From Bacteroidales bacterium (GTDB lineage: Bacteria > Bacteroidota > Bacteroidia > Bacteroidales > UBA4417), in NCBI GenBank assembly GCA_030654075.1, contig JAURYB010000178.1:6446-70445 (forward strand): a stretch of 64,000 nucleotides of DNA, read 5' to 3'. Below, one piece after another: positions 52,704 through 62,486 of the stretch; positions within the stretch are counted from its first letter, which is position 1; every line of letters starts with the position of its first letter. Made by a program: the position numbers and the translations under genes. The notes under the pieces are model-generated. The model made no database searches. It worked only from the letters and a program-made list of their open reading frames with translations, and was not told the origin of the DNA.

Positions 52704-54257
52704 TTAGTATCCGGGATTTTGAGCTGCTTCTCCCATAGCTGTATTCGACAGAATCTCATTTAAGGGAATAGGAAATAATTCATTTTTACCTTTAACAAAA
52801 CCAATGCTTTTCATCTCCTGATCAGCCAGGCCCCAACGAACTAAATCCCAGTAACGGTTGCCTTCGAAACACAGTTCTTTTGCTCTTTCGATCACAATCT
52901 GATCAAAAAGTGCTGACCCTGCTTCGGTATGGGCATCTATGCCGGCCCTGTCGGTAATTTTTTTGAGTTCAGCCTGGGCAGCAGCATCATTACTGCTTTT
53001 GTTATAGGCTTCGGCTGCCATCAACAAAACATCAGCATAACGTATTATTCTGTAATTGGTACCGTAATTTAATTCGGGCTGACCGGCAGTAGTGGTTTCG
53101 GAAGCTTTACATGCATATTTCAGTCTGAGGTAGCCTTCATAGTCATACGGATATTCACCTGCCTGGTATTTCCCACCGGCAGCAAAATATCCAGCTTCGT
53201 TAACAACTGTTCCTTTTATCCTTTTATCAGCGGGATTGGAGTATAAAAGATCACCGATTTTTTTCGAAGGCAGGTTAGCTCCCCATCCACCGGACAAATT
53301 CAGCTTTGTAAGATCCAGGTTAGAAAAGTCAAAAGAACCATCCCCGTCAGCACGTGGAGCTTCAAGCTGCAATTCAATATTGCTTTCAGCGTTATTGTCG
53401 CCCCATGGGAAATTACCCCAGCCATAATTTTCCTGGGAAGTATAGGAAACTTCAAAAACAGATTCAATTCCAAATTCATGTTCCTTCGACCAGATGGTGG
53501 TATAATCCGGTTCAAGTTGATACTCATTGCTGGAAATACATGCACCTAAAACAATAGCAGCATCTGAATATTTCTTTTCATACAGGTATGCTTTGCCTAA
53601 CAGGGCTTGTGCAGTACCTTTTGAAAAACGGAACTTATCAACAGCAGCATAGGCGCTCTTTACAGGCAATACAGCTATAGCATCTTTTAAATCAGTTTCA
53701 ATCTGGGCATACACTTCTTCAGGAGTAGCACGTGGCTTATTAAATTCCGCTGTTGAAGCAGGATTTACAGTCATTAAAGGAACCCCGCCAAACATGATTA
53801 CCAGATCGAGGTATGTATATGCTCTCAACGCTTTTGCTTCTCCTACCATGGTCTTCATCCCGGCTGTAGCATCAGCATTTGCGCCAACATTGGCAATAAT
53901 GGTATTACAGGAACTGATCGTACTGTAATATGCTTTCCAGATAGCTGTAATACCAATATTTTCGGAAGTAATGTTAAATTTATTCAAGTTTGTATATTGA
54001 GGTTGATCACCTGCATTTGGGCCACCGCTTTTAGTGTCATCAGCCGGTAGGTTTTTTATAAAATACGCGCTGTTCCACGCATTTGAATTATTCATCTGGA
54101 TTTTGTTATAAACCCCAATGACGGCTAATTTCACATCATTGTCATTTTTCAGGAAGTTGTCGCTGGAAAGTTGTCCAACGGGTGCGACTTCTAAAAATTC
54201 TTTCTTGCAACCGGCAAAGGCCAGTATAAGAAGTAAACTATATATTATTTTTTTCAT
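52704..54257 (-). CDS. susD: SusD/RagB family nutrient-binding outer-membrane lipoprotein
   Basis: Lipoprotein signal (LLLILAFAGC), TPR-like helical body, and the characteristic C-terminus ...NRYWDLVRWG...FPIP..E...N. It lies downstream of susC. Confidence 0.93.
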   Translation of the reverse strand: MKKIIYSLLLILAFAGCKKEFLEVAPVGQLSSDNFLKNDNDVKLAVIGVYNKIQMNNSNAWNSAYFIKNLPADDTKSGGPNAGDQPQYTNLNKFNITSENIGITAIWKAYYSTISSCNTIIANVGANADATAGMKTMVGEAKALRAYTYLDLVIMFGGVPLMTVNPASTAEFNKPRATPEEVYAQIETDLKDAIAVLPVKSAYAAVDKFRFSKGTAQALLGKAYLYEKKYSDAAIVLGACISSNEYQLEPDYTTIWSKEHEFGIESVFEVSYTSQENYGWGNFPWGDNNAESNIELQLEAPRADGDGSFDFSNLDLTKLNLSGGWGANLPSKKIGDLLYSNPADKRIKGTVVNEAGYFAAGGKYQAGEYPYDYEGYLRLKYACKASETTTAGQPELNYGTNYRIIRYADVLLMAAEAYNKSSNDAAAQAELKKITDRAGIDAHTEAGSALFDQIVIERAKELCFEGNRYWDLVRWGLADQEMKSIGFVKGKNELFPIPLNEILSNTAMGEAAQNPGY

Positions 54258-54372
54258 CTTGTTGTTTTTATTTGAATTTAGGTAAGATGGAATACGCCAT
54301 GATTCACTGAAATTAACATTCCATTTGGTGTTTTATCAATCATGGCTATTTCATGATTTTTCGTTTTTTAGA

Positions 54373-57300
54373 TTAGAAACTAGCTGAGAGGCCAAACAAC
54401 ATCTTGGCAGCAATTGGATACAATCCCCTATCCACTCCCTGGCTCATATTATTGTTACTGCCAGCTTCAGGATCAAGTCCTTTGTATTTGGTAATTGTAA
54501 AATAATCGTCGAGGGAGATATATGCCCTGAGGGAACTAACTCCGAATTTCGAAGTAATTGAGTTAGCCAATGTATAACCCAACTGGATTTGCTTTATCCT
54601 CATGTAGGAGCCATTGGAAATCATCAGGTCGCTACGGTAAATATAATCGCTGCTGTTTTCTGCCCTTGGTAAGCTGGCGCTTGTATTGGTAGGTGTCCAT
54701 CTGCCGTCAAACATATAGGCAGGTTTATTCGACAAGGCTCTATCGGTGCGATACCAGCCCATGAAAATATCATTGCCTGAAACACCCTGGAAAGCGAGGC
54801 TGAAATCAAACCCTTTGTATCCCATCGAAATGTTGCCTCCATATATTAAGGAAGGATGAGGACTACCAATTTTTGTCTGATCTGATGGTGAAATTTTACT
54901 ATCACCATTTACATCTGCAACAATGGGATCACCTGCTACGAAAGTAGTACCGTATTTGGTATTGTATGCATCAGCTTGTGCTTTATCATCAAATATTCCA
55001 TCAGTTTTGTACCCTTTGAAATACCAGATAGGCTGACCTTGTTCGAAATAGGTTAAATAATACCCGCGAACATTAGCACCGGGAACCGGGGCATTAACAT
55101 CTAACTGGGTGACTTCGTTTTTCAATGTCGAAAGGTTCAGACTGGCTCCGTATTTGAATTCATTGTCTTCGTTTCTGTATCCTAGTTCAAATTCAAAGCC
55201 TTTATTGTTAACAGTTCCTGCGTTAACATAAGGCATACCTCCACCGGTTGATGTGGGGAAAGTACCCAGTGCAATCAGGTTCTTGGTGTTTTTGTTATAC
55301 CAGTCAGCTGTGAAAGTGATTTTGTTATTTAACAATCTAACATCAACACCTATATCCGCCATTTCAGTTCGTTCCCATATCAGGCTCTTGTTCACTAATT
55401 TAGCAATTTGAGCGCCAGATTGATAAGTGCCTGTTGCATCCGGGTATTTGATACCGGCAAGTGTCCATAACTCTTTGTCCTCGTTACCGGGAAGGTTTGA
55501 TTTACTTCCGTTTGCGCCCCAGCTTGCCCTGACTTTTAAGTAAGAAACCAGTTTGATGTCAGAGAAAAAGTTTTCTTTATTAATAACCCATCCGGCAGAT
55601 ACAGCAGGGAATGTTGCATATTTTGAATCGGTTGGGAAAACGCTTGCTCCATCCCTGCGGATTGAAGCTTCAAATAAATATTTGCCCTTATATCCGTAGG
55701 AAAGACGACCGAACATGGAAGCCATGGTGTTTTTTACAATATATCCACCAGTCCTGTCAAAAAGATCAGATGTTGTTTTCCCCTGATAAGCATATTGATC
55801 TCCTTCAGCTACCATGGGTGATGAATAGAGCGTATAAGTGTTTTGACCTGCTTCAGGACCTGTATACTCCTGAGCAGAATATCCAGCCATTACGGAAAAT
55901 GAGTGATCACCAATTTCTTTAGCGTAAGTGGCGAAATTTTCCCATAACCATGTATTGTATTTATTCAGGATATCCTGTACATAGGTTGTTGGATTTTGAT
56001 TTTCCGTTGAGAAATAATAAATCGGGCTCCAGAGGTGTTGATTCTGATAGGTCAGATCAATACCAATTCGCGAGGTTACTGTCAAACCTTTGAAAGGCTT
56101 AATCGTAGCGTAACCGGTTCCCATTAGTTTATCCTGTTCGGTAGTATTATGGAATGTGGTAAGGGTTGCCAGCGGATTGGACATTTCACCTGATACATTT
56201 TCGGTTAAGCCATAATAGTCGCCATTCCCATCTTTTACTATTGTTTTTCCATAATCTAATAGAGTCTGTACATGAATCGGAGTACCTGAATATGTTACTG
56301 GCGTTAATGGGTCGATCAATAAAGCGCTGTTTACCAAACTCCTGTACTCGTCGTCCTGGTTTACATTTTTTTGATTTGAATGACTATAGCTGAAATTACC
56401 TCCTACTTCAAGCCATTTTTTTACATCGCTTTTTAAGTTCAGTCTTGTTGTATATCTTTTGTAATTGGCTTTATCTCCACCAACAATACCATCCTGTGTA
56501 AGATAAGAACCTGAAAGCATATAGGTGGTTTTTTCGTTGCCACCTGAAAAAGATAAGTGGTGTTTCTGCATTGGCGCGGTCTGGAAAGTCTCACTTAGCC
56601 AATCTGTATTCGCCTGAAAACGGTCTGAAGTTGTTGCTCCGGCTTCACTCATCCATTGTTTGTATTGAGTGGCATCCATTAATTTCATATCTGTTCTTAC
56701 ACTTTGGGTGCCCAATTGAAAATCATACGTTACGACGCCTTTACCTGACTTACCTGATTTTGTGGTAATCAGAATAACGCCGTTGGCACCTTCCGTTCCA
56801 TAAATAGCGGATGACGCGGCATCTTTCAAAACTTCGAGTGATTCAATATCACCTGGATCGATGTTATTGATATCGCCTGTTTTCATTCCGTCAACAATAT
56901 ACAACGGGTTTGAATTGGAGTTTGAGTTGGTTCCCCTGATCCTGATTTTGGAACCTGCACCCGGCGAGCCTGATGTTGGCAGAACCATAACACCAGCGGT
57001 TTTTCCCTGGATTGCCTGGTCAGCTCTTGAAGATGAAGTGTTTTGTAAATCTTTTGCTTTTACCGATGAAATAGAACCTGTTACCAGGCTTTTCTTCTTC
57101 ACACCATATCCAACTACAACAACCTGTTCAAGGTCGGTAGCGGATGAAAGGAGAGTAACTTTTATCGGATCTTTGGTGACAGGTATTTCCTGGGATACCA
57201 TACCGATAAAAGATACAATAAGTGTTGTTGCGTTCGCTGGTGCCTGCAGGGTAAATTTCCCTTCAATATCAGAGAGAGATCCAATAGTTGTACCCTTTAC

Positions 57301-57474
57301 CATAATAGTTGCACCGGGTAAAGTAGCGTTGCTTTCGTCGTAAACAACACCTGTTACGGTATTCGTTTGCTGCGCAAAAGCAAGTGAGATTGCACTCAGC
57401 CACAAAATGCCGGTAAGCATCAGCATTTTGGCTTTTCTGCCGTAGTGCATGTAATTGTAGGGATTTTTCTTCAT
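54373..57474 (-). CDS. susC: SusC/RagA family TonB-linked outer-membrane transporter
   Basis: Carboxypeptidase-regulatory-like N-domain (VTGVVYDESNATLPGATIMVKGT), TonB-box/plug (QVVVVGYG...), a ~1000-aa barrel, and a terminal F. The likely start is ATG 57474 (MKKNPY...). Confidence 0.95.
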   Translation of the reverse strand: MKKNPYNYMHYGRKAKMLMLTGILWLSAISLAFAQQTNTVTGVVYDESNATLPGATIMVKGTTIGSLSDIEGKFTLQAPANATTLIVSFIGMVSQEIPVTKDPIKVTLLSSATDLEQVVVVGYGVKKKSLVTGSISSVKAKDLQNTSSSRADQAIQGKTAGVMVLPTSGSPGAGSKIRIRGTNSNSNSNPLYIVDGMKTGDINNIDPGDIESLEVLKDAASSAIYGTEGANGVILITTKSGKSGKGVVTYDFQLGTQSVRTDMKLMDATQYKQWMSEAGATTSDRFQANTDWLSETFQTAPMQKHHLSFSGGNEKTTYMLSGSYLTQDGIVGGDKANYKRYTTRLNLKSDVKKWLEVGGNFSYSHSNQKNVNQDDEYRSLVNSALLIDPLTPVTYSGTPIHVQTLLDYGKTIVKDGNGDYYGLTENVSGEMSNPLATLTTFHNTTEQDKLMGTGYATIKPFKGLTVTSRIGIDLTYQNQHLWSPIYYFSTENQNPTTYVQDILNKYNTWLWENFATYAKEIGDHSFSVMAGYSAQEYTGPEAGQNTYTLYSSPMVAEGDQYAYQGKTTSDLFDRTGGYIVKNTMASMFGRLSYGYKGKYLFEASIRRDGASVFPTDSKYATFPAVSAGWVINKENFFSDIKLVSYLKVRASWGANGSKSNLPGNEDKELWTLAGIKYPDATGTYQSGAQIAKLVNKSLIWERTEMADIGVDVRLLNNKITFTADWYNKNTKNLIALGTFPTSTGGGMPYVNAGTVNNKGFEFELGYRNEDNEFKYGASLNLSTLKNEVTQLDVNAPVPGANVRGYYLTYFEQGQPIWYFKGYKTDGIFDDKAQADAYNTKYGTTFVAGDPIVADVNGDSKISPSDQTKIGSPHPSLIYGGNISMGYKGFDFSLAFQGVSGNDIFMGWYRTDRALSNKPAYMFDGRWTPTNTSASLPRAENSSDYIYRSDLMISNGSYMRIKQIQLGYTLANSITSKFGVSSLRAYISLDDYFTITKYKGLDPEAGSNNNMSQGVDRGLYPIAAKMLFGLSASF

Positions 57475-58695
57475 AATTAATTGATTGTTAGGGGTTAGCA
57501 ATTTGATTTATTAGGATTAATTTGATTGGCAATTTCTTTTGTATTTCTCCGGAACTATAAAAATTCTTTTTATTTTGAGCAATCAGGTATGCACGCATTT
57601 ATCTTAGGCTTTTTTCTAAGCTATTTTACCTGAAGCAAATGCGTTGGTATGAATAGTAATAAATGAAGGAGATTGTCAGGAAAGAAGTTTAAATGCTCTG
57701 TAACATTTTACAGCGTTATTCATTTAAATTAGATTCAATTTAAATTTATCAGGCATGGTCTACCCATTGCATATTTAATATGCATCACTTCTGACCCAAT
57801 AAATTAGCTGCAATTTCCCTGGTAATTTTTTGATAAATCTCCCTTACGTAGCGCTCCTGTAAAGGATTTCTAAAAAAAATGCTGATTCTTCATTTGAAAG
57901 CAGTTTGGTTAAATGAATTTGAAAAATACACGTTAACCTTGATTACTACTACCAAATTCAATTAATTAATTATTTAGCAATTTGTTGATACAAAAATAGA
58001 CCAAAACTTATCAAATAAAATGTACTATTGTGAAAATATCATGTATTATTGCGCCATTTATGCATTTTTTATCATCTACAGTACATTAAAATAATCGGAA
58101 CACCTGTTTTTATGACACTTTCGAACGAATTTTTTCTATACAAACACAAATGAAGAAACTAATATCGTATATTACAGAATTAGATGTAATTAACTATTTA
58201 TTCCTGCGTTGAAAATGGAATAACCTTTTTATCATACTTATCTTTGAATGATTCTGTTATGAAAGACTTAGTTCCCATTTTTCCATGTCTGATTTTCATC
58301 TTCAGCCTTCATGAAAATGCTATAACACATTGTATTTCATACCAATAATTCTAAATTTCAGTTTTATTTGTTCGAAATTTATATTTCTATTTAAAAAGAC
58401 GGGGCAGTTTCAAGCAGGCATAGTAATAAAATGCCGACTCAGAAATATTCTGTCGTATTTTTACATGATTCAGATAAATAGGAAAAAACACCAAACAGCT
58501 TACGTTGAAGCCGGCCTTCATTCTTCCTTAAATTGCTTTAGACTTTTTACTATTACCTTTAAAAGCCTAATCGGTTTTTAGTTTTAGAACATTTGATCCC
58601 CCAAATATTTGCTCTAATGTTGAAAGCATAACTATCTATTTATTATGCAATAGTATTATTTGAATCTATTAGTGACACTATTCAAAGTTTGAATT

Positions 58696-60147
58696 TTACT
58701 TTACCAGGAATGTATTAAATGAATCTGGTTTCAGCATTGGTGCGATTATTTTATTCCCAACTTTAATGCTTATTTTCTTCTCGACATTACCAGCGTTTTG
58801 TACAACAACAACAATACTTTTGTCCGGATTTACAAAAGCAAGTAAATTTTCAAACAAGCCAGTTGTATTCAACCTTTTGGCACCAGGTTTAACAAAATGG
58901 CTCAGGTGTTTCATTAAATAATATTCGTAATTGTATTTGTAGGTTTTATTAACTGTGTCGACACTCACCAGTGAGTTTTGCTTCCAGCCCCAGGTGCTGA
59001 TGCCGCCCTGTTTTAATGATGTATTCCAATATAAATAGGCATTGGTGCCATTTTTCAAATAATGTTGCATTAAACTCCAGGCATAGGTACAATATTTCCA
59101 GTCGTTTTTCCCATTGCCGCATTCCTGTTCGCTCTGGTATAATGTAAGTGCAGGGAATTGCTGATGAATAGCAGCAATAGCTCCTTTGCCCGCCCATTGA
59201 AACCCAACTCCTTTGATGTATTTTCCACTTTGAACGTCGGTTAAAACTGAATCTGTAAGCTTTTCGTTTGCACGTTCAACGGTTCCGAAAAACAGATCAA
59301 TCCCGATTTTCTGCATTTCGGGACCCAGGTAACTGATGAATTTTGAGATCCCTTTTGCTGTCCAGGTACAACTCGGAAAAACCTGGGCTGAATTAAATTC
59401 ATTCTGAGGCATTACCATTTTCACATTAATATTTTGTTCCCGGTATGCCTGAATAAATTTGCTGAAGTATAAAGCATACGCTTTGTAATACTTTTCCTCC
59501 TGGATAAACATATCGGTTCCTTCTTTGCCTTCATTCTCCGGTTTTAGACCGTTGTTGATCCCGGTAAAATCCATTCCCCATTCTTCGGATTTGAAGTCAG
59601 TATTGCCTATCAAACTTTTGGATGCATAATGTTTATTGTATTTCATCCATGTTGGTGGCGACCAGGGAGAAGCCCATATTTTAAGCGACGAATTGTATTT
59701 CTGAGCATTTTTTATAAAAGGAATAAGTGTTTCGTGATCATTTGCAATGCTGAAATGCTTCATTTCAAAATCACCATCTGTTTCATTGTACGAATACCAG
59801 TTGCGCGAAAAATCGTTGGCCCCCACAGGCATACGGCAAATGGTAAAGTTTGCCCCAACACCCGGAGCAAATAATTCTTTTAATATGCTTTCCCTGTCTT
59901 TTACACTTAACATACCAAGGGAAGTCCAGCCAAGTTCATTAAAACAAGTTCCAAAGCCTTCAATGGTTTGCTGTGGCTGATTTAACTGAACTTCCACATC
60001 TGCATTGCCGGATAATACAGATGTTTTTAAGCCTTTCTGCTCTTTCCATTGCTCCTGCTGCGAGGTTGATACCCATTGAACTTTTGATTGAGCGAATAAT
60101 GATATTGTTAGTATCATCAGTACCTGGAAAGCGAATAATTTCTTCAT
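58696..60147 (-). CDS. Glycoside hydrolase family 30 (beta-1,6-glucanase/galactanase or glucosylceramidase-like)
   Basis: 483 aa with a signal peptide. IEGFGTCFNE, WASPWSPPTWMK and PQNEFN are GH30-type motifs. The subfamily is not resolvable by eye. Confidence 0.8.
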   Translation of the reverse strand: MKKLFAFQVLMILTISLFAQSKVQWVSTSQQEQWKEQKGLKTSVLSGNADVEVQLNQPQQTIEGFGTCFNELGWTSLGMLSVKDRESILKELFAPGVGANFTICRMPVGANDFSRNWYSYNETDGDFEMKHFSIANDHETLIPFIKNAQKYNSSLKIWASPWSPPTWMKYNKHYASKSLIGNTDFKSEEWGMDFTGINNGLKPENEGKEGTDMFIQEEKYYKAYALYFSKFIQAYREQNINVKMVMPQNEFNSAQVFPSCTWTAKGISKFISYLGPEMQKIGIDLFFGTVERANEKLTDSVLTDVQSGKYIKGVGFQWAGKGAIAAIHQQFPALTLYQSEQECGNGKNDWKYCTYAWSLMQHYLKNGTNAYLYWNTSLKQGGISTWGWKQNSLVSVDTVNKTYKYNYEYYLMKHLSHFVKPGAKRLNTTGLFENLLAFVNPDKSIVVVVQNAGNVEKKISIKVGNKIIAPMLKPDSFNTFLVK

Positions 60148-60215
60148 CTTTTTCTGTTTTTTTAAAATTTAACGTTCACCAATTACAAATGACTTGTGTT
60201 TAGAAAGCGTAGTTT

Positions 60216-62294
60216 TTATTGTTCTTCAATGATGCTCACACCCCAGGGTTCCAGCGCTACTATGCTGTTTTTATTCACTTCTTTATTGAGCAACAATTCG
60301 CGGCCGCTTTTAAACGTATAGTTGACATTGGCTGGAGCCGAAGAGTAATTGAATAAGTAATGCACGGTTTTTCCCTGTTCATTAACTCCCTCTTTGGTGA
60401 TGATTGGGAAATATAACTTTTGAGCATCGCCCCATAATCCCGCGTTTTTCACTTCTCCGGCCAGTATCTTTTCAATTACTGAACTGCTTGTCATACAGCC
60501 AATATAAGTGGCCGTTCCTTTTCCATAGCTGTTTTGGGTAATGGCAGCGTACTTTCCCCAAACCGGATGATCGTAATAAGCAAGTACTTTCGCGGTGGTT
60601 GGAACTATTAACTCCATCCATGTATTCACTTTGTTGTTATCGCTTCCCACCTGGAATGGATCGCCTTTTAATGACACATTTTGCGGAACAGTGAACTGAC
60701 TGTATGTTATACCACAAGCTTCGCTGATAATTCCCGGCTGGCGGCTGGTTCTTACCTTTACATTCTGATCTGAAAAACCACTTTTAAACGTATATACAAT
60801 ATGTCCGCCGTTTTCCACAAAAAGGTTTAAACGTTCCAGCAAACTGTCGGGTGCTGCGTATAAGGCAGGCACGATTATGAGTTTGTAATCTTCTATATTC
60901 GTACTCGAAGGATCAACAAAATCAACGCCAACATTCATCCTGTAAAGGGCATCATACATACCGCGAAGAATATCATTGTAGCCTACCTTGCTGCCCCAGC
61001 CGAATTTAAACTGGTTAAACGCCGTCAAGGCTTCGTTACTGAAGAGAATAGCAACTTTATTTGTTATTTTGAGATTAACCAGTTGAGGACTAAGTTTCTG
61101 AAAATCTTTTCCAATGGTCTTTGCTTCTTCATAGGTTGGGTTAGGTTCAAAATCGTGGCTCAAAAGTCCTTTCCAATAAGTTTCGGCTGAATTATGAATG
61201 GAATGCCAGTGCCAGTATTCAACCATATTGGCTCCCGAAGCCAGGTGACTGAATGCCTGTAAGCGCAATTGCCCTGGATATGGAACCCATTCGGCAAAAC
61301 CCTGCGCTTCAGTTTCAATTACCAGGTAGTTTTTGCCGGCTTTCATGGAGCGGGTAACATCGCCGCCAAAGGAAATCTCGGTACCTGTGAGTGCATCTTG
61401 TGTTGGATGGTAAATATCTACCCCTGAAATATCAAGTGCTTTGGATGCAGCAAAATGATCCACTTCCGGTTGAATGCCAAAAGAAAATCCGCGCCATTCA
61501 AAATCAAAATTCTGGGTTACAAACTGTCCGGGATGCTTGTATTCATTAACGATGGCAACCTGCCAGCTCAAAAAATCTGTTACCAGTTTGCGCTGGAATT
61601 TAGCGAACTCGGCATTCTGGCTTGCGTTGATAGATCCTGCCATGGAAGGAAAATCATCCCAGCTGTTGATCCGGTTGCTCCAGTAATCAAGCCCATAGGC
61701 TTTATTAATATTGTCGAGTGTACCAAATTTCGCTTTCATGTATTCAATAAAAAGCTTTTGTACTTCGGGTCCGGATGTATTATACGCTTTTGTCTCATTA
61801 TCAACCTGGTAACCGATAATTGCAGGATGATCTTTCACATGCTCCATTATTTTCCTGATTACCCGTTCAGCATAAAACCTGTAATTTTTATTCGAAATGT
61901 CCATGTTCTGGCGCGGTCCGTATTGGTTTTGCCCTTGCGGAGTGATGGCTAAAACATCAGGATATTTTTTTACCAGCCAGGTTGGAACCGCGTAGGTTGG
62001 CGTTCCGACAATCACCTTTATTCCGGCTTTATGCATAGCATTTAAAACCCTGTCGATATGAGAAAAATCATAAACCCCATCCTGCGGTTCGACGGTACTC
62101 CATGTTGATTCGGCAATGCGAACCACATTGATACCAGCCTCTTTCATCATTTGAACATCCTTATCCAGGCGCTCATAAGGCATGTATTCATCGTAATACG
62201 CTACGCCATACAGCAACTTGTTTACACTAACCTGCTGTGAAATAACAGATTGCATATAGGCAAGAAGAAATAAAAAAGCGAAAATCTTTTTCAT
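60216..62294 (-). CDS. Glycoside hydrolase family 42 beta-galactosidase
   Basis: YGVAYYDEYMPYERLDKDVQMMKEAGINVVRI....W..VEP, then YQVDNE (acid/base). It has a trimerisation-domain length. The likely start is MKKIFAF (ATG 62294, or 62300). Confidence 0.85.
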   Translation of the reverse strand: MKKIFAFLFLLAYMQSVISQQVSVNKLLYGVAYYDEYMPYERLDKDVQMMKEAGINVVRIAESTWSTVEPQDGVYDFSHIDRVLNAMHKAGIKVIVGTPTYAVPTWLVKKYPDVLAITPQGQNQYGPRQNMDISNKNYRFYAERVIRKIMEHVKDHPAIIGYQVDNETKAYNTSGPEVQKLFIEYMKAKFGTLDNINKAYGLDYWSNRINSWDDFPSMAGSINASQNAEFAKFQRKLVTDFLSWQVAIVNEYKHPGQFVTQNFDFEWRGFSFGIQPEVDHFAASKALDISGVDIYHPTQDALTGTEISFGGDVTRSMKAGKNYLVIETEAQGFAEWVPYPGQLRLQAFSHLASGANMVEYWHWHSIHNSAETYWKGLLSHDFEPNPTYEEAKTIGKDFQKLSPQLVNLKITNKVAILFSNEALTAFNQFKFGWGSKVGYNDILRGMYDALYRMNVGVDFVDPSSTNIEDYKLIIVPALYAAPDSLLERLNLFVENGGHIVYTFKSGFSDQNVKVRTSRQPGIISEACGITYSQFTVPQNVSLKGDPFQVGSDNNKVNTWMELIVPTTAKVLAYYDHPVWGKYAAITQNSYGKGTATYIGCMTSSSVIEKILAGEVKNAGLWGDAQKLYFPIITKEGVNEQGKTVHYLFNYSSAPANVNYTFKSGRELLLNKEVNKNSIVALEPWGVSIIEEQ

Positions 62295-62486
62295 AATCAT
62301 TTTAAAATTTACTCCAAATTGATCGCCGGAATTATTCATTTGTATTTTTAGTAAGACAACACAACAATTTTCTCAATTGCGGAATCCTTACAGGCACAGT
62401 TGAATTACAAATCATTTATTCATTACACTTAGACAGCAATTAACATGGAAAAAGAAAATTCATTGATGCGTTCGGAAAAACCTTAA

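Noticed and set aside
58330-58581. 83-aa + strand ORF in the PUL gap
   Set aside because: Its F/I/L/K-rich composition is what AT-rich DNA translates to. It is oriented opposite to the operon, and I found no promoter box or signal sequence.
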